Shown one piece after another: positions 43,380 to 55,810 of a stretch of 64,000 nucleotides of DNA. The stretch is from the human T2T-CHM13v2.0 reference genome, Homo sapiens. The DNA is taken from assembly GCF_009914755.1 (NCBI RefSeq), contig NC_060925.1; one strand, given 5' to 3'. Position 1 is the stretch's first letter; every line of letters starts with the position of its first letter. The notes below the pieces were generated by a model that saw only the letters and a list, made by a program, of their open reading frames with translations, ran no database searches and was not told the DNA's origin. The position numbers and the translations under genes are program-made.

Positions 43380-46095
43380 GTGTATATATGCCACATTTTC
43401 TTTATTCATTCATCTATTGATGGACACTTCAGTTGATGCCATAACTTGGCTATTGCAAATAATACTGTGATGAACCTGAGAGTGTGGATCTCTTTGAGAT
43501 ACTGAATAATTTTCCCTGGATACATATCTAGTAGTAAAATTGCTTGATCATACAGTAGTTCTATTTTAATGTTATGAGGAAGCTCTACATTATTTTCCAC
43601 AATGTCTGTACTCATTTATATATCCACCAAAACTATAAAATGGTCTCATACCCATATCCTTGCCAACACTTGTTATCTTTTATTGTTTTTAGTAAAACCA
43701 ACTAACAAGCATGAGATGCTATTCCATTGTGGTTTTAAAATGCATTTCCATAAAGTTAAGTGCCTTTAGATATAACTGTTGACCATTTTTATATCTTTTT
43801 TTTTTAATTGTTCAGGTCCTTTGACAATTTTTAAATTGAGTTATTTGTTTTCTTGCTATTGACTTGAGTTCCTTACATATTTTGAATGATAATTACCTAA
43901 CAGATATATAGTTTGCAGTTATTTTCTTCCATTCTATAAGTTGTTACTTCATGCTATTGTTTACTTAGCTGTGCAGAAGCTTTTTAGTTGGATGTAATCT
44001 CATTTATCTATTTTTGCCTCTGTAGCCTGTGGTTTGTGGATGGTACCAAAAAAAATCATTGCCTAGACCAACTATAAGAAAAATTTTCCCAATGTTTTCT
44101 TCTAGCAGTTTTACAGTTTCAGGCCTTACATTTAAGTCTTTATTTTTAGTTGATTTTCATACATAATGTAAGATTAGGTTCTATTTTTATTTCTCTGCAT
44201 GTGGTTATGCAGTTTTCCCAGCACCATGTATTGAGGAGAAGACACTATGCTTGCCCTATTGTGTGTTCTTGACATTTTTGTCAAAATTCTATTGAGTGTT
44301 AATGCATGGAATTATTTCTGGGCTCTATTTTGTTTCATTGGTCTATGTGTTTATATTTGTGCCAGTACCATACTGTTTAAATTATTTTATCTTTGTAGTA
44401 GATTTTGAAATCAGATAGTGTCACACCTCTAGCTTTGCTATTTTTGCTAAGGATTTATTTGGTTGTTAACATCTTTTGTGGTTACATACTAATTACAGAG
44501 TTTCTTTTTCTCTTTCTGTGAAATATGTCATTGGAATTCTGGCAGGAATTTCATTGACTCTGGACATCTTTTTGGGTAAAATTCTAACTATTCCTATTGA
44601 TAACACAGAATATCTTTCCATTTATATATGTTTTCTTCAATTTCATTCATCTGTGTTTTATAGTTTGTACAGCTCTTTCACCTCCTTGACTAAATTTATT
44701 CCTAAGTATTTTATGGTTTTTGTAGCTATCGTAAGTAGAATTCTTTTATATACTCCATGGACAATACAGCTCCAGTGATTGTTTCTTTATTTCTATTTTG
44801 AAGAGTTGTTTTTAGTGTATAAAAGTGCTACCGATTTTGTGTGTTTATTTAGTATTCTGCACCTTTACTTAATTTATTTATTAGATCTAACAGTTTTTTG
44901 ATGGAATCTGTAGGAATTTCTATATACAAGACTATGTCAAACAGACACAATTAATAATTTAACAATTACTAATGTATGCAATTCAACTTTCTTTTCAATT
45001 TGGATCCTTTTTATTTCTTTCTTTTGCCTAATTGCTCTGACTTGGACTTTCAGTACTACGTTGAATCGAAGTGGGGAAAGTGGGCATCCTTTTCTTGTAT
45101 CTGATCTTAGAGTTAAACTTTTCACCACTAAGTACCATCTTATGGTACTTTATACATGCATAGCTGGGCTATTCATCTATGGCTTTATTTTATTGAGGTA
45201 TACTCCTTCTATACCTAATTTGTTAAAAGGTTGTATTATAAAAGGATGTATAATTTTTGCATAATTTTTCTGCATGTATTGTGATGGTTGTATGATTTTT
45301 GTCTTTTATCATGTTTAAGATCATGTATCCAATTTATTATTTGACATACTTATTACATTTCATAAAATTCCTTTTATTTCTAGTTTCATACAGTTATGTT
45401 TGGAAAATATATTTGATACGTTTCAAATCTTCTTAAATGTGTTAAGACTTACTTTTTGGTCTAAAAACTGAATTATTCTGAAGAATGTTCTATGTGCACT
45501 TGAGAAGAAACTGTATTCTGATGCTTTCAGATGAAATGTTCTGTATATGACTGTTAGGTCAAGTTTACCTAAAGTATAGTTCAAGTTTAATGTTTTCTTA
45601 TTAATATTTTGCCTAGATGATATGTCTATTGTTGAAAGTGGAACAATGAGCTACCATATTATTATTGTAGAGCATTATATATTTTTGTTTAAATATATTA
45701 ACGTTTGCTTTATATATTTTGTTACTTCAATCATAGGTACATATATTTACAATTGTTATATCCTGTTGATAAATTGACTACTTTATCATTATATAATGGC
45801 CTTATTTGTCTTGTTTTACACATTTCCTGTCTAAAAACTCTTTTATAAGATTTTTATTATCTGTGTAGCTACCTTTGCTTCCTTTGGCTTTCCATATGCA
45901 TAGAATATCTTTTTGTTCACTTTTTAAATTTGTAATCTATCTGTGTCTTTAAAAGTGATGTGAGTCCCTTTAAGTAGCATATGGTTGGGTCTCTGAAAAA
46001 ATCTGTTTAGTCATTGCATGTCTTGAGTAGAGAATTTGAACAATTTATATTCAAAGCAATGACTGATTGATAAAGAGTTACTATTGCTATTTTGT

Positions 46096-46156
46096 TAATT
46101 GCAGTTTTGCCATTACTTACAATGGCAAAACAGCAATTATTTTTGCACCTACCTAA
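46096..46156. mobile_element. MADE1 (Hsmar1 MITE), truncated at one end
   Basis: TAATTGCAGTTTTGCCATTACTTACAATGGCAAAACAGCAATTATTTTTGCACCTACCTAA followed by TA. Confidence 0.88.
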
Positions 46157-48650
46157 TAATTGTCTGGGAATGTCCTCATCTCTCTTTTATTTCTGAAGGA
46201 CTTCTTTGCATGGAAAAGTCTGCTTTTTTTTTTGCAGTTTTTTATTCATTCCGCACTTTGAATACATCATCTCAGTTTCTCCTAGCATGTAAGATTTCTA
46301 CTGAGAAATTTATTAATAGCCTTATTAGAATTTTCTGGTATGTGCTATATTTATTTTCTCTTGAGCCTTTCCAGAATCTTTCTTTTTCTGTGACATTTTG
46401 CCAATCTTAACTATAATATGTCATAGTACAGTATTGTATAGATTGAACCTGATTAGAACTGTTTAATCTTCCTCTACCTGGATATTTATTTATATCTTTC
46501 TCCAAATGTTGCAAGTTCTCGGCTATTATTTCTTCATTTTTTGTCATTTTCTTCTCTTCTCCTTTCTAAATCCTATTAGATGAATGTTAGCTCTTGATAA
46601 TATTCTATAAATCTTTCAAGATTTCTTCATTGCTTTTCATTCTTTTATTCTCATCTGACTCTACCTTTTTCAATAACCTATCCTTGAGTAACAGATTCTT
46701 TCATCGGCTTGATCAATTCTGTTCTTTATGCTCTTTATTGAATTTTTCATTTCATTTATTCTATTCTTCAGTTTCCAACTTTTTAATAATTTCAATTTCT
46801 GTAAATTATTTATTTTGTTCATTTCTTGTTTTCCTGATTTATTGGAATTGTTTATCTGTATTTCCTCAAATTCACTGAGCTTCCTTCAAACAATTATTTT
46901 GAGTTCTTTGTTAGGCAGTTTGTAGAGCTCCATTTCTTTATGATCAGTGACTGGGGAATTATTGTATCCTTTGCTAGTGATACTTTGTTTTTTTCATGTT
47001 TCTCATTGTCTTATTTTGATATCTGTGCATTTGGTGAGGTTATTTTTTCTAAGCACTACTGGTTGATCTTGGTGGGGAAGGCCTTTGTCTATGGAAGATT
47101 GTAAGGGTGATGGCTGGGTGAGGTGCCGCAGTTTTGGCTTCAGTGAGGGTGCAGTAGTGTAGTCTCTGTGCGGCTCTGTCAATCTTCAATTACTAAAGAT
47201 TGTGAGATTCCTCAGCAGCCAACCATTTGAGTGTCCACATCAGGTGCAAAGCCTACTGGGGTCCTCAGTGGCAAAAGCCACATGGGTCCTCCTGATATCT
47301 TTTTTTTTTTTTTCTATCAGGTAACTTGTGGCCAAGAGGATCCTTCTTGGCACTAGATATGGCTTGCAGGCTCACTCATACTAGTGGCAGCACCAATGTC
47401 TAATGAGTGGTGCTCTGGCAGTGATCATGAAGCTAAAGCTTGAAGTTTGGACACATTTGGAAATACTACACCAGAGGCATTCACCCCCACTATTGCATTG
47501 GTAATCAAGTAAAACGTGTTGATGCTTGTGAAGTAGCCAGAGAGCCAGGTTCAAGAGCATAGGCATGTGCAGATGTATAGCACCTCCTTAATCTGCAGCA
47601 TAGGCTACCCTTCATTGGTAGCTAAGCTACTGTTTTTAAAACACAGGCATTAATGGATGAAAATTAGCTCTGGGTTCTGGGGTATACACTAGCCCAGTAT
47701 GGTGGTGGCCCTAGTGTCTGAGGGTTGAGTGATTACAGGGCAACCACAAAACGGGAGTCTGGAATATGTGCCCTTGTGGATCAGGCACAGTTTGGGAGTC
47801 AGGAAATGTGTGCAGTTTGTAGAACTCATGGCTTCAGTCCCAGGGCAGCACAATAGCAGCTGTTTTTGTTGAGAGGGGAGTGAGTGAGTAGCCATATCTC
47901 CCTTCCTGAGGCTCCCCAGCAGAAATGGCTTTGGTTACCTCACTGACAAAAGGTATCAGTTTCCCCTGTGGAACAGCCACTGGACACTATGGTGGGTCTC
48001 ACTGCATGGCTCACGCTGATAGCCTTCAGTTTTCTCTTATGTTTCTAACCATCTCTAGGCATATCAGTTATGTCCATCTCACCATGAATTATTTTCTGTA
48101 TGGATATCCTTAGTTATGTTTTTATTTTCTTCTATAGTGTTGCTGCAGATTCTTAACTGTGCCCATGAACCCTTCCAATGGTATTTTGATTTGTAGATTG
48201 CTATTTATAATTTTGTTTTGTAAGAAGATGAATGCTAGTATCTCCTACCCCATCATCTTGGGGCTATTTCTGTTTATCTTTTTATTATTGAGTTTTTTAA
48301 AAACATTTTAGGTACACTGTATACACATTATTTGTCTGGCAATCTGGAAATGGATTCAATAATTTTCTCACATTCTGAGACTATCTTTTTTATTTTCTAT
48401 TGATACCTTTTGAATATTATAAACATTTAATTTTGATGAAGTTCAATTTCATGCTGTTTCATATTTGGTTAGTGACTTTTGTGTCCTCAGATAATTTTCT
48501 ACAGAATATTGTAATTATTTTATTTAATGTTATCTTGTAGAAGTTCTAAATTTTAGCTTTTTCATACATGTCAGATAATTTTGAATATATATAGTAAAGG
48601 AAGGGTCCATGTTCTTTTTTTGTCACAGAAATATTGAATTGTTTAAACTC

Positions 48651-49160
48651 AGTAGTAGTCCTTTTTGTGTTGCTATAACAGAATATCTAATATTTAGTAA
48701 TTTAACAAAATTATAGATTTATTTCTTATAGTTTCAGGGACAAGCAAAGATCAAGCTTGAGGAACCCACATCAGGCAAGGGCCTTTGTGCCACATCATCT
48801 CATGTTGGAAGATGGAAGTCAAGAGAGCTCTAGAGAGAGCAAGAGATGAAATTCACAGGGTCAACAACTTTTCCATTTTTAATTAATCTGTTCATAAACA
48901 TGGAGCCTCCATGACTTAAACATCTTCCATCAGACCTCACCTCCCAGTAGTATTGAATAGGGGATTAAGTTTCCAATACATGCTATTTAAAGAACAAATT
49001 TAAACTTTAGCGTACCACCTCTGGCCCCAAAATTCATGTCACTATTATATACAAAATATATTAATTCCATTCCACCAGTCCCAATGCTTTACTAAGCATT
49101 GCCCCAGTTAGAATTTCAACATATGAATTTTGGAGGGACACAAATATTCAGGCTACAGCA
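48651..49160 (-). mobile_element. MST-type MaLR: LTR, short internal stub and end of a second LTR
   Basis: LTR at 48651-49012, int-like CCACCTCTGGCCCCAAAATTCATGTC, then a second LTR terminus TTTCAACATATGAATTTTGGAGGGACACAAATATTCAG..AGCA. Confidence 0.7.
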
Positions 49161-49276
49161 ATATATAAGTACAATTAATTTTTGTATATTTACTTTTAAT
49201 TCTGCATAACTGCTAGATTCACATTGTTCTTATAGAATTTTGTCAACTTTTTAAGTTTTCTTACATATACAGAAAT

Positions 49277-50184
49277 TGTATTAGTCTGGGTTCTCTGACA
49301 GGACAGAACTAATATGCAGATATATATATGAAAGGGAGTTTGGCAGGGCACGGTGGCTCATGCCTGTAATCCCAGCACTTTGGGAGGCCAAGGCGGGCAG
49401 ATCACGAGGTCAAGAGATCGAGACCATCCTGGCTAACACGGTGAAACCCCGTCTCTACTAAAAAAAAAAAAAAAAAAAAAAAAAAGAAAAAAAAATTTAG
49501 CTGGGCATGGTGGCAGGTGCCTGCAGTCCCAGCTACTCGGGAGGCTGAGGCAGGAGAATGGCGTGAACCCTGAAGGCAGAGCTTGCACAGTGAGCCGAGT
49601 TCGTGCCACTGCACTCCAGCCTGGGAGACAGAGCAAGACTCCGTCTCAACAAAAAAAAAAAAAAAAAAAAAAAGAAAGGGAGTTTATCAAGGAGTACTGA
49701 CTCATACGATCATAAGATGAAGACCCAAAATAGTCTACCTGCAAGCTGAGGAGCAAGGAAGCCAGTGAGATTCCCAAAACTTCAAAAGTAGGGAAGTCGA
49801 CGGTGCAGCCTTCAGTCTGTGGCCAAAGGCCTGACAGCCCCTGGCAAACCACTGGTGTAAGTCCAAGGGTCCAAAAGCTGAAGAACTTGGAGTCTGATGT
49901 TCGAAGGCAGGAAGCATCCATCACGGGAGAAAGACGAAGGCCAGAAGGCTCAGCAAGTCAACTCCTTCCAACTTCTCCTGCTTGGTTTTTCTAGCCATGC
50001 TGGCAGCCAATGAGATAGTGCCCACTCACATTGTGATTGGGTCTCCCCGAGGATGGGTCTTTCTCTCCCAGTCCACTTATTCAAATGTTAATCTCTTCTG
50101 GCAACACCCAGAAACACCAGATACACCCAGAAACAATACTTTGCCTCCTTCAATCTAATCAAGTTGACAATTAATACCATCACA
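49277..50184 (-). mobile_element. MLT2A (HERV-L) solo LTR interrupted by an Alu
   Basis: TGTATTAGTC.GGGTTCTCT...CCATCACA; perfect TSD GAAAT at 49272-49276 and 50185-50189. Confidence 0.92.
49342..49673 (+). mobile_element. AluY with expanded middle A-tract
   Basis: Perfect TSD GAAAGGGAGTTT at 49330-49341 and 49674-49685. Confidence 0.96.
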
Positions 50185-50404
50185 GAAATACTGTCTTAGA
50201 ATACTGTCAAGAATCTGCATAGAATTTTTTCATGCCTTTTCTAATTTTTTAAAGATCATCACATGTTTTTAGCATTGTCTTTTTTTGGTTTAACAAGTTT
50301 TTTTTAATTATTTCATTTTTTATGTGATTAACTTGTGATTAGTACATTGTTTTAATTTTCAATTTATTTTCATAGATACTACATTGTAAATGCTTGTTAC
50401 TTTT

Positions 50405-50851
50405 TTTCTTAGTCTTGTGTTGCTATTAATATAAAAATACTTTTTTTATAAAGAAAAAATCTACTTTCAGCTCAAAGCTCTGCAGACTGTGAAGTTTAAG
50501 AGCATGTCTCTGGCTTCTGGTGAGGACTTTCTTGCTGCCTAACAACATGGTGGAGAATGTCAAAGGAGATCTGGACACATGGAAAGAGGAAAAACTTAAG
50601 GGGCATTCTGGCTTCATAACAATCTATTCTCAAGAAAACTAATCCATTTCTACTCCTGCAAAATCTACTCCAATTTTTTGAGGTAAAAAACTCACGAATT
50701 ACTGTGAGAATAGCACCAAGTCATTCATGACAGAGCTGCCGCCTTGACCCAAATAACTCCCACTGGGCCCCACCTCTCAACACTACCACATTAGTGTGCA
50801 ATTTCAACGTAAGTTTTGATGGGGGCAAACAAATTATATGTGCACCACAGC
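50405..50851 (-). mobile_element. MLT1A1/MSTD-like LTR
   Basis: CTGGCTTCTGGTGAGGACTT..GCACCAAGTCATTCATGA..GGGGGCAAACAAA..CCACAGCA. Confidence 0.75.
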
Positions 50852-51683
50852 AATAAGTATCACAAGACTGAGTGCAATTGTACTCTGCTTTTTAAGAGAT
50901 ATGTGTACTTTCCACTTTATCCCATGCAGCAAGCTATTATTTGTATCCCCCTAACTTTCCAGATTTTTATTAGCCCTGCTGAACCATTAAAAACCTTTTC
51001 TGATTTTGCTTTTCAATTTTCCATCCAGATTCTTTGTGTTTGTCCATAATTTGTAAATGCATCCACTACCAAAAACATGGCTGAATATTGTCAACTCAAC
51101 ATTGGAAATGTCTCAGCTCCACAGATTTATGGTTACTAGTTATTCTTCTTCACCGTTTTCAAAAGACTTTGGTGCCTTTAACAAGGTGAGTAAAAATGTA
51201 TCTGCCCTTTCTCATTTTATGAGTTTGAGCCAGATATGTCTCACAGCATCTGACCCATAAGGTCATATTTTCTTACATTGCCTTTTACATCTTCTAAATA
51301 GAAACTGTGCCTTTTACATCTTCCCATCCACCACTTCTCTCTGGATTCCTCTTCTGCTCCAAGAGAAAAAAAGCTCTCTGTCTTAAAACTCTCATGCAAT
51401 TAGATTTCACCCATTTAGAGAACCTCTGTTTCCCATAAATCAAAGCCAAATTATTATTACCTTTATAACACTTGAAATGTTATGACCATGATATCTTATT
51501 ACAGTCAGATTCTGAGGATTAGGGCATGAAAATATGGGGTTCATTTTGGAACTCAGCCTACCGCAATAACTAAAGTATTTCAAAAAAAATCATGAATTTG
51601 CCCTTTAGTTACATAAGTATAACAAGCAGCAGCCATTTGAGTTTAGAATTACAAGCACTGCTAATCTTGCTATTTCCCACTGC

Positions 51684-52309
<626 letters not shown>

Positions 52310-55204
52310 TTCCCACTGCCTTTAATCTTTAGCTCTGCTTGAGAAGTATCCCTTATGTATGGAAGTTTGCTCTAATGACAATTAGGTACAATTACTAATA
52401 GTTGTGGGATCTTCTAGAAAATAAAAAAAAAAAATTTGTTTTTTCTATCTAGTATTATACAACTAAATATTGAGAGTCTAATAGCCTAATTTGTGCCAGA
52501 TTATCTTCAGGGCACTGAGGTTAAAGCAGTGAGCGGATAAGACATCAGCCCACTCAGAGCTCCGTAGTGGGAGAGAGAACCCAAGTTAAATATTTAAAGT
52601 AATATTAATTGGTATAAGAATTAAATAGCTATTATAAAATGTCAGATATTTATGACAACTGAGGTTAAAAACTAAGCAGGAAAAAACAGCTGGAAAGTGC
52701 CACTGAGAGCTGGTGGTTGAAATTTTTCATTGTTTCTAGGGAAGATAACATTTGAATAATAGTGTTAAGGCTTCTGTTCAGTTTCATTTTTGCCTGAGTC
52801 TCTTATATTTTAAATATTAGGGGTTTTAAGGTCTTTTTTTTTTTTACTTTTTATGTCTATTTGTACTCTTTATATAAATGTTTCTCAAAGTGTTATCTGA
52901 CAAGTAAATATTTTAGAATAACCCAGAGAACACTTTAACATAGCAATTTATTGAACTGCACACAAAACTTTGAGTCTAAAGATTATTTATTATATACCCA
53001 ATTATTAACAAGTGCTCAAGTTGATGCCTATGCAAAATAAATTAGAAAACAACTTCTTTTGATGAAAAAACCATTGAATCTATTTTCCATGGCTTTGTCT
53101 GCACACATATGTTGACATTTTTGCCTCTCCACGGATTCATAATAAATCTCTATTGAGTAAATTAAAACTTGAAAGACTTTCAAATAATTTCTACACAGAG
53201 CTGTCACCTGTGTCCTACTCTAAATTCCAGCTGATTGCTGAATAGTTTTACCTAGTTGCTTTTTAAATTTTGTATGATGAAATTCATAATTTCAGCATAA
53301 AATTTCTATATATGTACATATAGTCTAGTTTTGATATTACATTTTGGTGTACACCACATGCAAATATATTAACCAATTAAACTCTTAACTACTTGTATTA
53401 GTTTTTTGTTGTTATACAATGTTATTTAATGAAAAACTAGAAAACCTCAGTAGCATCAAGAATATACTGAATCCTCAACCCCAGAGGTCTATAGGTAGAC
53501 TGAGAAGTTATCTTGATTTGGGACTGATTAAACCAATTTCAGATGGGCTCACTCGTATCTGAAGTCAGCTGAAAGGTCAGGTTTAGTTTTCTTATTCTAG
53601 AATGTCCTTAAATACGACAATTTTCTCATCATTGATGTTATTCATGAAGATAAGCCCTGTGATATTTATAGGAGGTGCTATGTATTGGATTTTAAATCTT
53701 GTAATCAGTCGATCTAGATAATCTCTACAATTCTTTTCCATCATTACACGTTATTTATTGGAGAATAAAAATTAAGTGAAAATGCAGTAATAAAAAAATG
53801 AGAGTATTCATAAAATACACATATAAAAGTCACATTGGAATAAATATCAGGTAACATATTATAATTGCAAATTGTTACATTATTGTTGATTAGTTACTTG
53901 TCTGTGAAAGTTGAATCTTAACATAGCCTGTGACACAAATTTTCATATGTAATTTCTGTCTTTTAGTAAGTTATATGATATGCTTCCCTTATCTGAAAAT
54001 GCATGGTTGGAGGACCTAAACCATGTGAAAGAGTGAGTGATGTAGATACAGGAGATGAGAAGAAATAATGTGTGAAGGCTATGAAGTAAGCATATGTCTG
54101 ACTTGATAAAATAACAAAAATATTTGTGTGGTTGGAACAACATGAGAGAAGAAAACTGTGAAGATGAAGAGTAATTCAGATAAATGCTTAGAGGACTTTG
54201 AAAACAGTTTAGATTCTTATAGTAAAGAAGATGCAAAGCAATGGCAGGACAATTCTACGGTAGTGCAGAGATGGTAGGGAGATATATACGAGAAAATGAG
54301 GTCAGTCTGAGATATAAATGCCCAATAAGAGATGATGAAGGCTTAACCTAGGGTGTAGTGGTAAAGTGGTAGGGCAGGATTGCAGATGGGCGGCACTTTG
54401 CTGACAGTATTTGCTGTTGCATATACGAGTCAAAGTCCATGATAAAATTTACTACATTCTCTGTGTTTCTGTTTCACCACTTTAACTGTGGACTTCTCTC
54501 TGAGGTTGACCATGCCATAAATTTCATTATCATTAAACTCATACTATCTAATGTGTCCAAAATATATATTAGATATTATGTAAGATTATAGATACTATGA
54601 AATATATATTCTGATATATAAGATTAACGTTTTATTTAATTGTTAATTTAATTCTTAAGTAGTAATTTTCTTTTTAGGAGAGATAATCGTGTATTTGTAT
54701 TTTGAATGTGCATTGTCCCAGTATTATTTTGGTACTCGTTCATGAGACACTTTTTATGAACATAGGAAATTTTCAGTGTTATGCCATTTGCTTTCCCCAA
54801 CTTTTTCCTCTTTTCTTCTTCTTCCTCTAAGAACTCTTCCTCTTTTCCTTCTCTTTTTATTTCTTTTCTTCTTCTTTCTTCTCCTTATTTTTGTTCTTAT
54901 TCTTGCAAAGACTTGATTTTTTTTTTCACTACAATTAGAGTTTTACTAGACTCATTAATCAACAGTGACAGAAAAGTTCCTACTAAGGATACCAACAACA
55001 TGTGAAGGGTCTACTTTATCTATCTAATATGAAAAGTCTATAAACGGTCTAACAGTTTACTACTCTCATCCTTTATTTATTGTGTAACTAGTCTTAACTG
55101 TTAGGGGACTAGCAGTTCAAAATATTGTTTAAGTGAAGCAAAAGTGTTGTTTCCCTCAGTGTTAAAAGTGGGAATCTAAAAGATAAGGAGATGCTCCCAT
55201 AACA

Positions 55205-55350
55205 AAGCAATAGTAAATATTTGAGTTGATGAACATTCTAATTACCTTGATTTGATCATTACACAATGTCTTGGTGTATCAAAATACCACATGTACCCCA
55301 TAACTATGTATAGTTATTATTTATCAATTAAAAAATAAATAAATAAAAAA
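55205..55350 (+). mobile_element. L1MA 3'-end fragment
   Basis: AATTACCTTGATTTGATCATTACACA..CACATGTACCCCATAA..TCAATTAAAAAATAAA. Confidence 0.8.
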
Positions 55351-55810
55351 TGATTAAATGTCTTAATAAGTAAAAAGAAATAAATATAAGAACATGGCTT
55401 TTATGTGTCACAAAATTATGGCCTTTTAACAGGTAAATGCTCAAGTTTTTATTTTTTCTAATAGTGCCGTTAGCCGGTTCTTTTCTTCTAACATAATACA
55501 AATAACTTGAGTGCCATTAAAATTTACTTGTAATGCATAAGCCTCAACTCTTTTATCTGTATATTTTGACATATTGACATTAAATATAAATGACTATTAT
55601 GATACTTCGTATATTGAATATACATAGGATTTCTAGCATGAAATTGATACTCAACAAAATAAGTTGGTATTAGAGATAGAGCAATGTAATGAAAGACTGA
55701 TCATAAAATAATATTCTCACCAATAATAATAGTAATTATAATCCCAATAACAAATAGAATAGGATTTTTTTTCTCATATGTATGTGTTTTTAATTTGAAA
55801 AATGGAAGAA

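Larger units (their letters stand above)
42540..48262 (-). mobile_element. L1MA-type LINE-1 spanning 5'UTR to 3' end with internal deletions
   Basis: L1MA-like 3'UTR at 42540-43700, RT remnant ([18 protein letters not shown], cf. GTRQGCPLSPLLFNIVL), ORF1 region at about 46200-47000, GC-richer 5'UTR at 47050-48260. Confidence 0.85.
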
